From: Macrostomum lignano
Lineage: Eukaryota
NCBI GenBank assembly: GCA_002269645.1
Contig: NIVC01004718.1
Coordinates: forward strand, 1-37,112
Length of the DNA stretch: 37,112 nt
Direction of reading: 5' to 3'
The notes under the pieces were generated by a model. The model did no database searches. It was not told the DNA's origin and saw only the letters and a list, made by a program, of their open reading frames with translations. Of this stretch, positions 24,151 to 34,844 are shown one piece after another (position 1 is the stretch's first letter; the number at the start of each line of letters is the position of its first letter). The translations under genes and the position numbers were made by a program.

Positions 24151-25146
24151 TCAGCGCTGCCTGTGCACCTGGTGCAGCCGCATGTGCCTGTCCAAGTTGG
24201 CTCGCTGGCTGAAGCCTTGCAAGCAGGTCGGGCACTGGTGCGGCTTTTCGCCTCGGTGAATGTTGCGCAGATGGCGCTGCAGGTTGCTGCTGATGCTGAA
24301 GGCCCTGGCGCACAGGCTGCACTGGTAGGGCTGCTCACCAGTGTGCACCCGGAGGTGCCGGGTCAGGTTGGCCGATCTGGGGAAACTCTTGCCGCACCAC
24401 CGACAAGAATACTTGGACGCTGGCGATGAGCGGACGCCAGGGACATGTGGGGGCGGCGGCGGCGGCGGCGGCGGTGGCAGGTGCTGCTGCTGCTGCTGCT
24501 GTTTTTGCTGCTGCTGACGGTGCAGCAGCTGGTTCTGTAGAGCCTGATGATGATGATGATGAATCCGGCGATGCTGATGACCGCCACCGCCGCTGCTACG
24601 GTCGCGCAGCTGGGCGAGGCGGAGACGCTGCTGCAGCAGGCTGGGATCTCGGCTGGGAGCCAAGCGACCGCCTGACGACTGGGGCGGTGGCGGCGGCTGT
24701 GACGGCGGGTGAGCTGCGTTGAAGCCTCCGCAGCAGAGGAGTCGGCCGAATTCGCTGACTGCCGGTCGAATTCGCTGCTGATGCTCCAGTTCGCCAGTCG
24801 GTTTGCCAGCCAGAAGGGGCGGCTGAAGCGGCTGCGTAGGCGGCGGCGGCGGCGGCGGTGGCGGAAGTGGCGGCCGTGGAGGCGGCGGAAGCGGAGCGGC
24901 CAGCAGACGCCGCATCGCTGCGCCAAGAGCGAAGCGCCACGGGTCCCAGGAGGCTGCGGCTGCGGCGGCTGCGGCGGCTGCGAAGGCCGCGTTCGGAGCC
25001 GAAGGACGTTGCAGCCCAGCGGCTGACGGACTGCGCATGATGAGGCGTTCAATAGAATGATTGCTCAGCTTCCTGACCGGCTGCTGCTGAAGTCCTGCAG
25101 CAGCTTCGGCAGCGGCCTGCGATTGAGCAGCGGATGTTTCAATCAT
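24151..25146 (-). CDS. Prdm3/16: Prdm3/16 (Evi1/MECOM, PRDM16, hamlet, egl-43)-type C2H2 zinc-finger transcription factor, C-terminal three-finger cluster; single exon as modelled (331 aa from ATG 25146)
   Basis: [57 protein letters not shown]...NLDRH carries the family-diagnostic [10 protein letters not shown] / [10 protein letters not shown] / NLDRH recognition helices of Evi1 ZF8-10. The N-terminus is poly-A/P/Q/H. The start codon is uncertain. Confidence 0.88.
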   Translation of the reverse strand: MIETSAAQSQAAAEAAAGLQQQPVRKLSNHSIERLIMRSPSAAGLQRPSAPNAAFAAAAAAAAAASWDPWRFALGAAMRRLLAAPLPPPPRPPLPPPPPPPPPTQPLQPPLLAGKPTGELEHQQRIRPAVSEFGRLLCCGGFNAAHPPSQPPPPPQSSGGRLAPSRDPSLLQQRLRLAQLRDRSSGGGGHQHRRIHHHHHQALQNQLLHRQQQQKQQQQQQHLPPPPPPPPPPHVPGVRSSPASKYSCRWCGKSFPRSANLTRHLRVHTGEQPYQCSLCARAFSISSNLQRHLRNIHRGEKPHQCPTCLQGFSQRANLDRHMRLHQVHRQR

Positions 25147-28100
25147 TGAGTTTGGTTTAATGTGTTTTCTGCTGCCGGCTATCGCAGCATTCAAGGTCGG
25201 GGGGGGGGGTGCGGTGGTGAAGGTTTCTCCTGTCTGCGAGCTGTCAGTTTTATAACCAATGCTGGAAGCTATGGGTTTTAAATTACAGCAGGCAAAGGAT
25301 TATAACTGCAGCTCAACTTGTTAAAGGGAGAAGTTTGAATTCGAGAGAAAAAACTTGAAACTCTTGGAAAAGAAATTTTTCAAGCCCGATGGCCCGTTCT
25401 GGCTGAGCGAGGAGCAGCCATCTGCTGAGGATCCGTGCATATGGAAGATCTGACTTTTGCAAAGGTTGTAGGGGGGGTTCTTGAGTAATCCGATCTCATC
25501 TTCCCCAGTGCTAGCGAGGTGAGCAGTTAGTTACGGTGTCAAGTTTCACGGTGACGTTAGTAACGGGTTTTTTCATTCCGCAGCTGTATCAGCTGTATCG
25601 GAGTGGGCAAGCAATGCAGCTCCTACCTGAGTAGCCGGGTCCATCGCCAGATATTGTCAGTTCAGGTCTCAGGCAGAGAGCGCTCGTCGGTGTCGCATCA
25701 GTGAAATGGAGAGTCGGAGATCCGAAATCTCCCGTCCAGTTTATCCCGACTCGCCCCGGCTGGACAACTCCCCTTCCTCCTTTCCAGATGCGAATGGAAG
25801 AGGATCAAGAGAAAGTTGATTGAGGATGAGGGGAGATGAGGGAGATGAGGTGGAGAGCACGGATGAGCTCCCATTGGCTGGCCTGAGCTCCGCTTTGAGT
25901 TGCGTTGACTCTGCCCGCGCTTAGTCTGGAATGCCAGCCCCCCCCCCCCACAGCTGCCTCTCTTCACCCTGCCCCATCAGCAGGCACAGTCATGCGCCAT
26001 CTTCCGCCAACATGGCAGCATCTTCCCGTCGTTCCTGCGGCTCACACACACACACGCTCGCTAACACACACTCACACCTAGCGCCGCCGCCAGAGCTGCT
26101 CATGGCAGGGCCATTGTCATGCAAAACCTCGCTCTCAGCACCCGCATCCTGTCTGTTAGAAGCGGAACCTTATATTATTGCCCTAACACCAGTTCCCGTC
26201 TCGCGTATCAAAATTGCTTGGTGCTTTCTTTTGGCCAGCAAGCGCGCCGCCTGCCACTTTCCATAGGTGTAAAATCTATCTATCTTTCACACTGCGACCC
26301 ACCCCGCCACCAACCCCAAGCCAGTCACAATATACCGTCATTAGGGGGGAATTTAGACTTCCGGGGTCTGTTCTCAGCATCATCAGATGCCGATTATTTT
26401 CCTTTGATGATTGCAAGATTTCACGCGCAACCTAATGAATGCTATTGAAAAAAATTGTTGTGAGCAATCAGCTCATGCACTGCAGCAATCGGAGCTCACT
26501 GCTTGCTGGTAGATGAAATGAATCTGAGGCTTATAGGAGTGATGCATGCGGTTGACCCCAACGACATCTGGCCAAAGAGGCGAGCGGCAACATCGGATCC
26601 ACAGCCGCCGCCACCGCGGCCGCTGTTTGCGCTAGCCCTGACTGGCTGCGGAGATCAAAGTCAGCGCGCGGAGGGAAGTGGCCACTGGTCCAGGAAATTG
26701 CAAAGGAGATGAGCTTGAAGCGGTGCTCGAGTGTCCTCATTTCCTGGAGGAGGAGGGCGCCACGAGCTCTCCGGGGCTGATAGCAAACTTTGTGCATAAA
26801 GCGGCTGATCTGGACAAGAGAGAGAGAGAGAGTGATTGATGGAGGGCCGTGTTTCAGCTGTTGATGCTCTGGTCATGTTCCAGTTCTGGGCAAACACCCA
26901 GTATACCCCCAGAGCCATCAGTCTGTGGGGTGCCGCTCCCACCGCTTAGCAAAGTTGTGAGCACCAAGCGGCTTTCTTCCCCTCCCCGAGTCCCCTCTCT
27001 CGATCTCTCTCCCACTCTCCGACGCATATCTCATTTCGTGTGCCATCTCATTGAGCCCAGCAGCTCATTGCCAATGCGCTGCCCCCCAGGTCCTTCATCC
27101 GAGCACTTGTCATTCTGCTTTACTCTGCTTCTTATATCAACTATGTAGATCTAAGAACCGACTCTCTATACATCTGTCTCTTTATCTTCTCCTAGTAGAG
27201 CTCATTATTGTTCTCAACTGAGCGCATGCGTCAACAAGTCAATCCAGTTCTCTAAAGTTATTTCTCAACATCTTTAATATTCTTTTGTTTCACTCAGCCT
27301 GTCAAGACTTGGCGTGTCAATTGCCTATTTGACTTTTACTATTGAATTTTACTCTGCAACCCTGCATTGCAAGCCTCTCCCCGCTTGTTGACAGTCTTCC
27401 CGGTCTCAATACCCCCGGTAATCCTCATCGCCGTGTCTTCCTTGCAGCATCCAGCCCCCGATCCTTCCTACTCGCCTTCCTTCCTCCATCTCCGACGGCA
27501 CCTCCGATCTCAGTTTCACTGAAGGCGCGTCACTCAAAGTTTGCAGAAAGACATGATCTGACTGACTGACTGCGCGCCTCCCGCAGCTGTGGCACCTTCC
27601 CCCCTGGAATGGATCGACTCTCTCCCTGCTCTCCGATTTTCCCATTTTCCCATCCTTCATAACCAGTCCCGTCTCCGCTCTCTCTCTCTCTCGCTAATCA
27701 GCAGAAGCTCTGCAGAATGGGAAGAGGCGAGAGGTCGCGCTGCGAAGGATAGCCAGTTCCCAGCTTCAAGCGAGGAAGGTGCCACTCAGAGCAGCAGCTG
27801 GCGCCGCACCCAAACTTCCGCGGCGTCCGGAGAGTCGTCAAATGATGTGCGGCTGCGACCTAGCCGCGGGGCGGAGCTCTTGAAGAGGCTCTTGAAGTTG
27901 GCCAGTTACTGCTAGAGAGCCAGCGCAGTCCCCCATGGCTTCCCAGAATCTGCATGCTTATCCCTTTCTCTGCCGACCCCTTTCCCCCCCGAGGACGTCA
28001 ATAGCCAAGGCAAACACGGTGCGATCGAGCTAATTATGAAGCCTGCCGCATGATCCTTTAAATAATTGAAAAATTGGGGAGAATTCTCCCATCTCCAAAC

Positions 28101-28484
28101 CGTTTTGGAGTATATCGATGAGGCCCCGAGTTGAGTTTCACTGAGCAAACCACCTCCCCCTCCCTACGGCTTTCTCTCGTCGCTACCTCATCTTCGTTTT
28201 GGTGGGTGTCTTCCAAAATGACCTTTGTAAAATGTATTTAGCTACGAAAAAAGAACTCCTGACATTGTTTAACGGATTTCGCATCGAATACGCGGAATGG
28301 AAAATAACGCAGATTTCTATGCGATCCGAGCGTTCAATCAGTAGTTATTTGTATTTGCATGAGTTTTATAAATAGACTGTGTCGCAGCCAGTGTTGGAAC
28401 CCTGCATACATGCAGGACTCTGTCTGGTTAGCAGCTTGTAACAGTTTCTATGACAAGATGGGGGACACGCTGCAGTCGAGAGCA

Positions 28485-30866
28485 TCAGAGCAGTTGCAGC
28501 GGGTGCTCCTGACTGCCGGCGCGCACCGCGATGCCATCCAGGGCTGCGCCTTCTGGCGGAGCGAAGTAGCCGATGATCTTGTCGCGACTCGGATCGTAGG
28601 AGCTGCACAGAACCGTGCCGACCGCTTCGCCGTTGCGGAAGAGCGGCTCGCCGCCCCAGATCCAGTAGTCGCTGGCCGGATTGAGGCTGGGCAGGGCGAA
28701 CTTGCCCAAGTTGGCCAGCTGGCGGGGGCTCAGGCGGCAATGGAAATCCTCGGCAAACTCCGGACGGCGTTCGCTCAGCCGGAACATCCGCATAGCGTAG
28801 TAGCCGATCGGGACGAAGCCCTGGGCGTGGTTCAGATAGCGAAACACTGACGGAGCGTTGCCGGCCTGGGCCAGGACGAATACGTCCGTCTCGTCAGCGA
28901 AGGTGAACGGATCCGAGGGTAGTCGCGGGAATTCGCCGTAGTGAACGGCCCGGGGCAGGTGCAACAGGCAGTAGTTGATGCTGATGTCCGTGATGGCCAC
29001 AGTTTCGTCTGCCGCCTTCTCGTTCAAGAGGGAGACGGCGCGCGTCTGAGCGACTCCGGACGAAAGAAAGATTGCCGAGCGTTCCGTCTGTTTGACAAGA
29101 CGGCCGAAGAGTTCAAGGGACTGGCCGTCCCTGGACGACATGGTGACGAAGTCTCCGGATGGCAGGCGCGACAAGCCGGACTCGAAGCGTGTACGGTTGA
29201 ACACGGACGACAGGAAAGCCTCCAGATCGTCTGGCGTGTGTGCCGTGATGCGGATCTGCGTAGCCGAGCTGTTGTCGTAGATGGTCTTCATCCGCTGGAT
29301 CTTGCGGTACTCAGCCGAGGCGAAGTCGATCCAGAACGGCCGGCCGTACGAGCGCCAGCTGGCCTGCATCTGGTTTTGGGACTGCGGATGGTCGTAAAAC
29401 ACCGGGTGCTCGTAGCCGTTCTGCGTCTGCTCCAGCACAGCCCCGTGCTCCCTTTGCGCCTCGTGCAGCGCGGAGACAATCAGCTGGCGGCCTGTGTTGA
29501 ACTGGTTCTTCGGCCCAGGGTTGATCAGCGCGTTGTACGACTCGGGCAGTCGGTTGACGATGAAAGCCGGATGGTCCGTGTGCTGCGGCACGAACCGGCG
29601 AACGTCGATTGAAGTTGTGTCGACTTGAGTCTTTCCGTTCATCACCAGCTCAGCCATGGAGGCGCCCAGACCGCCGGACAGGCTGATGCCGACCGAGTTG
29701 AGCCCGGCCGCCACAAAATAGCCAGGTATGTCGGGCACCTCGCCGAAGATTGGTTGAGCATCCGGCGTGAACGTCTCGGGTCCGTTGATGCTGGATCGGA
29801 CCCCGAGCTTCGATAGCATCGGAAATCGATGGTTGGCGCCGCGGACAATTGGCTCGAACTGTTTGTTGTCCTCTGGTAGCAGTTGGTTCTCGAAGTTCGG
29901 CGGTACGCCAGTTGGAAACACAACTTTGCCTGTCGGCTCGAATCCACCAACGCACAGGCCGCCTTGCCATTCGCGAACGTAGAATAGGCGTTCGTTGTTC
30001 CGCACCACTGGGAAGGCCTTAGTGATGGAATCGTCCTCAGCCGGCTGGGTGAACATGGCGAAGTGCTCGCAGCTGCCCAGTGGAATTCGAACTCGCTCGG
30101 TGCAGCGCCTGCCCAGCTGCCGAGCCCACTGGCCGGCCGCATTGACGAACGCCTCGCACTCGATGAGGCCCTTCGGCGTCTCAACCGAGGCGACGCGGCC
30201 GTCCATGTTGAGGTGAACGCGACGGACGTGGGTGCCCAGTCGAATTTCGGCTCCTTTGGCCTTGGCCGCAGACAGGTAGGCGTTGGTCAGGTCCATCGGG
30301 CTGCTCAGGGCGCCGTCGCTTGGCGTGTACAGAGCACCGATAAGATCGTCCGTGAGCATCAGCGACGAAGGCACGAGTCGCTGGATCTCGCTTGGACCCA
30401 GCAGGTGGCTCTCAATTTTGTGCGCGTCGCCCATCGCCTTGAGCCGCTCGAGCGAGTGCATCGTTGCCGAGCTCTCGGCCAACGACAGGCTGCCGTAGTT
30501 CACAAAGCCGGACGGGAAGCCCTTGTCGTCCAGCTGTTTGCAGGTTTGCACCGTCTGTTTGGCCAGCTGGGTAAGAGCTTCGAACTGGCGCAGCTGGGAG
30601 ATCAGGCCGACCGAATGCCAAGTGGTGCCGCAGCCAACGCTGGCGCCCTGCTCAAGCAGGAGCACACTCTTGCAGCCCAGCTCGGTCAGGTGGTAGGCGA
30701 TAGAACAGCCTGTGACGCCGGCTCCGCAGACCACCACCTGAGCCGAGTCAATAACTGACAGGCTTGGCTCAGCCGGCCTGCTGCCGACGAAGCGAGCCTG
30801 AGAGGTCACCGCGGACCATCGCCGAGCTGCTGGTGGCAGCCGACGGCTGCAGATTGCGCGCAGCAT
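28485..30866 (-). CDS. PDPR: Mitochondrial FAD-dependent oxidoreductase of the PDPR/SARDH/DMGDH family, best fit pyruvate dehydrogenase phosphatase regulatory subunit; intronless, 793 aa
   Basis: Arg-rich transit-peptide-like N-terminus; VVVCGAGVTGCSIAYHL...LLEQG (GxGxxG FAD fold); GTTWH; IPLGSCEHF; VREWQGGLCVGGFEP; NGPETFTPD; YFVAAGLNSVG; WIWGGEP. CEHF, WQGG, PETFTPD and LLEQG favour PDPR over SARDH/DMGDH. Confidence 0.85.
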   Translation of the reverse strand: MLRAICSRRLPPAARRWSAVTSQARFVGSRPAEPSLSVIDSAQVVVCGAGVTGCSIAYHLTELGCKSVLLLEQGASVGCGTTWHSVGLISQLRQFEALTQLAKQTVQTCKQLDDKGFPSGFVNYGSLSLAESSATMHSLERLKAMGDAHKIESHLLGPSEIQRLVPSSLMLTDDLIGALYTPSDGALSSPMDLTNAYLSAAKAKGAEIRLGTHVRRVHLNMDGRVASVETPKGLIECEAFVNAAGQWARQLGRRCTERVRIPLGSCEHFAMFTQPAEDDSITKAFPVVRNNERLFYVREWQGGLCVGGFEPTGKVVFPTGVPPNFENQLLPEDNKQFEPIVRGANHRFPMLSKLGVRSSINGPETFTPDAQPIFGEVPDIPGYFVAAGLNSVGISLSGGLGASMAELVMNGKTQVDTTSIDVRRFVPQHTDHPAFIVNRLPESYNALINPGPKNQFNTGRQLIVSALHEAQREHGAVLEQTQNGYEHPVFYDHPQSQNQMQASWRSYGRPFWIDFASAEYRKIQRMKTIYDNSSATQIRITAHTPDDLEAFLSSVFNRTRFESGLSRLPSGDFVTMSSRDGQSLELFGRLVKQTERSAIFLSSGVAQTRAVSLLNEKAADETVAITDISINYCLLHLPRAVHYGEFPRLPSDPFTFADETDVFVLAQAGNAPSVFRYLNHAQGFVPIGYYAMRMFRLSERRPEFAEDFHCRLSPRQLANLGKFALPSLNPASDYWIWGGEPLFRNGEAVGTVLCSSYDPSRDKIIGYFAPPEGAALDGIAVRAGSQEHPLQLL

Positions 30867-31451
30867 CTTTCGATTTCAAGTAGCTTGTACTACCGAGCGC
30901 GATTCGTACGTCCGTCTTCGTTTGGTGTTGCAGATTTTGGCTGGACCCAATCAAGCGCTGCAATCTGTCAATGGTTAGATAGAGGTAGACAGGCCGGGTT
31001 GGTTGCAGGTTATCTATAAAAAGAAAAGTCACGAGCTCTTTGCTTGGCTATCAGTAGAGTAAAATTCCACTAAGAATTTTGTATTTCCTAAGAATGTAAC
31101 GTTGAATTTCCTTACATGGTCAGTAAATAACAAGAAAATGGTATAGTTATTGTCTTTCTAGTAAGTACACAAACATGCGACGTTAGCTTGGCAAATTAAA
31201 TTAAATGCTGGTTAAATACACTGAAACATCTTACAAGCACAGGACCTCGGCTTAATTATCCATAATTTTCTTGTTTTAATTTTAAAGGTAAGTACAATGT
31301 CCCCATTAGCGCGAATTCGAATTTCATTTAATTTACCGAATGTAAACTTAAGGGTGATTAATGTGGCTGAGATTGAAATGTTTTACGCTCGTAAGACTTA
31401 GATTTTAAAGAATCAGCCTACAGCCACTCACTCCAATTCATTGTTCAAAAA

Positions 31452-32401
31452 GATGGATCTAACAGATGTATCTAACAGATCTAACAGATCGATCTAGCAG
31501 ACAAATCTAGCATATATATCTAACAGATAGACCTAACATATATCTAACAGATAGACCTAACATATATCTAACAGATAGACCTAACATATATCTAACAGAT
31601 AGACCCAACGTATATCTAACAGATAGACCTAACATATATCTAACAGATAGATCTAACAGATATCTAACAGATAGACGACAGATGGATTTACCAGATGGAT
31701 CTACCGATGAATCCAACAGATAGATCCAACGGATAGATCCAACAGACAGATCCAACAGACAGATCCAACAGATAGATCCAACAGACAGATCCAACGATAG
31801 ATCCAACAGATAGATCCAACAGAAAGATCCAACGGATAGATCCAACGGATAGATCCAACAGATAGATCCAACAGACAGATCCAACAGATAGATCCAACAG
31901 ACAGATCCAACGGATAGATCCAACAGATAGATCCAACAGAAAGATCCAACGGATAGATCCAACGGATAGATCCAACAGATAGATCCAACAGATAGATCCA
32001 ACAGATAGATCCAACAGATAGATCCAACAGACAGATCCAACGGATAGATCCAACAGATAGATCCAACAGAAAGATCCAACGGATAGATCCAACGATAGAT
32101 CCAACAGATAGATCCAACAGACAGATCCAACAGATAGATCCAACAGACAGATCCAACGGATAGATCCAACAGATAGATCCAACAGAAAGATCCAACGGAT
32201 AGATCCAACGGATAGATCCAACAGATAGATCCAACAGATAGATCCAACAGATAGATCCAACAGATAGATCCAACAGAAAGATCCAACAGACAGATCCAAC
32301 AGATAGATCCAACAGATAGATCCAACAGATAGATCCAACAGACAGATCCAACAGACAGATCCAACAGATAGATCCAACGGATAGATCTAACAGATCCAAC
32401 A
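31452..32401. repeat. 13-bp minisatellite AGATAGATCCAAC (about 55 copies, 31690-32400) preceded by five copies of a related 24-bp dimer (CATATATCTAACAGATAGACCTAA)
   Basis: Tandem copies. The variant pattern AGAAAG-CGGAT-CGGAT recurs at roughly 117-130 bp spacing. Confidence 0.96.
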
Positions 32402-34844
32402 GGTCTACAAATAAATTTGAATTAAGTCGAGTTTTCTATATCAAATGGAAACTCTCGCAATAAATCTTGATGAAGGGGCGCCTCGTGGTCCAAAGTGGCT
32501 TGTTAATACGCTCGTGTTCATATTTTTCATAAATTACAATCGTACGATTGGGTTTTTGGCTAAATTATCCATACCCGCGTGCACACCAAGCCAATTTCAA
32601 GAAAGCACTTACCAAATAAATGCGAAAGCAAATGCCGATTGTTGTCGTGAAAAAACGAAATAATGTAAGCTTTTATCGCTGCGATTAGGCAAGAAAACTA
32701 ACGTTAGCATAACATACTGTATGAGATTGACCATTTATAAAATAGCTGCAGTTGACAGTCCGCGGCCTTATCAAATGCTACTGCGAAAGAATTTCTGTAG
32801 TGCCTGTCCTAGCTCTGCCGACTCGACCGCGTGTACACCGGAGCTGTACAGCTTTTGTAGGCTGTACAAAAATGTTAACTCTTATAGTTGCGCTCATGCA
32901 ACTACACAAGCGCATGCAGTGTGCGCTGCAGTGCAGGGGGTGTGTTCGTGCAATATATCCTAGCTCATAGATTGTTGCACACTGCTGCATGGGTAGGAAT
33001 GAATAATTGGCTTGAAGTTTCAGTTTATTGGGAGAGAGAGCCAAGCTGTGCACAGTAAAAACCAAATTTTAGCTGTATACCCTCACGCCTCTCATGTGAC
33101 TTGATCGAGGTGGGGGGGGGGCAAAACCAGATCTTCTCGACTAGATTTCAACGTGCAGGACTGTGTATATATTTAGACTTTCTTTTAACCACTAATTTCA
33201 GGAAAACTGGATAAGAAAGTTACAGTAGGTTTTAAAGCAAACTTTGATCTTCTTTCAAATTGTAAACTTGTGTTGAGCCTGAAGCAAAAAATCGCGTTAA
33301 GAAGTACACATTCAGTAGCCCTTGGAGAATTGGGCCGCGGGCATGTGGGGACCTTTTGAGAGGACTAGGAAAGGTTATTCTGGCCGAAAAACAATCTAGG
33401 CCGATCAGGCGCGTAGTCAGAATTTTGATTGGAAGGGTTCACATCTTTGGGAAGGCGCAACCCATTCGCCGCGCGGGTGCCATCTTGATCGAGAGAGTAG
33501 CTAATTTAATTACATGTACATGTATGTCAGAGATCAATAAACAGACCAGATATACAGTACTAAAAGATCGATGAATATTCTCTACTTACTTCCAATAAAA
33601 AACTATGATGTGTTACCACTCTAAAAATTTCCTAGATATCTCCATAGTGTTTATTTTTCGCAAGCCGGCCATGCTTCATCATCCCTTCGATTTTTCTATA
33701 TTAAGAAACCAGAATTTTCGGAATGATGTTAGTTCAGTTCAGTCGTCCTTATTTTTCAAAGTTAACTGGCTAGTCGGTCAGGTTATCTATTAATGCAAAA
33801 CAGTATTTTTACTTATGTTGTACAATATCTTGTTAAAGCTTGTAAAAGAAAAGGGATCAATTGTGATGGGACACGCAATGCGCAGATCCAGAAATTTTTA
33901 TGCTTGCAACCTGTACTAAGCTTATTCCTAACTAGTACAAGGTCAAAAAATCCATTAGGATCCGTCAATAACAAGACGCATGTGGCACACGAGTCACATG
34001 AATTGCATGGCAACATGTACGACGACAGCTACATATACCGGTGATTCGTAAGGGTAGAATTTTGATTTAAAAATTTATCAAAAAAGTCACGCACAACTAA
34101 CTTAAATATAAATGTATAAGTAATTATTTTGTCAGCTTAAAAATTCATTATGACAAAACACTTTGTTCAACTTTGCATGTTGACGTTAATTAAATTTATT
34201 GTTCTTAAATCTCGTCGACGTATAAATAATATAGTACCACGTATAATGTATCATATAACTAACTCATTTATGAGTCGTAGTAGCTAGTAAGCTAGTCAGG
34301 TATAGCTGTGTATCACAGGGCCTAGGAAGTAACGATTTAAAATACCGGCACGACCGGCACTCATTGACTCCTTTTTCTAGCAAAAAAGGAAATAATCAGT
34401 ACTTCTAACGATTACACAGGCGTAACGATTACACGACCACACAGGCCTGTCTATAACAGCACTGTCAGCAGTTTGCAGCATTGACCAGGAGGGGCGGGAC
34501 CCTGCGCACCAGGTATTGATATAACTCCCTAGCGTACACTGTAGAGTGGTATAGTCTGATTTTTGCATCAGTGCAAAAAGTTTTGCATGCATCCTTGAAA
34601 GTTAAATTAGGCAATCTTTTTAACAAGAAGTAGGCCTAACATTTTTCTAAGCTAGGCTGCTCAGTGTAGATTGTGGAATACTAAATAGATTACCATTCAG
34701 TTCAGTATATCTAAATATTTAATATTCAAATTAAAATATTAATGCTGTATAAGTATAACTATTAGAATGTCAAAACTTATGCTTAAATAAATCATTTTAA
34801 ATGTCCTTGACCTTTGTGTGCTAATGGTGTTTCCTGTACACTGA

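Noticed and set aside
24134-25052. Overlapping alternative-frame and antisense ORFs across the zinc-finger gene
   Set aside because: Expected by-products of GCN/CCG/CAG triplet runs in a GC-rich coding sequence.
25698-28148. Numerous 60-110 aa ORFs between the zinc-finger gene and PDPR
   Set aside because: No recognisable domains, no consistent codon bias, and they are Ser/Pro/Leu-rich from CT-rich DNA; probably regulatory or UTR sequence.
28200-28484. Retrocopy hallmarks for the intronless PDPR-like gene
   Set aside because: No poly(A) remnant or flanking direct repeats are visible, so retroposition is unsupported by the sequence itself.
28359-30758. Long plus-strand ORFs (28359-28850, 28941-29612, 30063-30758)
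   Set aside because: In-register antisense shadows of the GC3-rich PDPR-like gene.
31507-32399. Cys/Trp-rich DLSVGSICWIYLL repeat ORFs (up to 285 aa)
   Set aside because: Open in all three minus frames because the 13-bp unit lacks stops on that strand; not evidence of coding.
32445-34800. Short ORFs and small hairpins (for example TGTACAGC/GCTGTACA near 32845 and TTTTGTCA/TGACAAAA near 34130) as gag/pol or element ends
   Set aside because: No retroviral or transposase motifs; 8-bp stems are expected by chance in AT-rich DNA.
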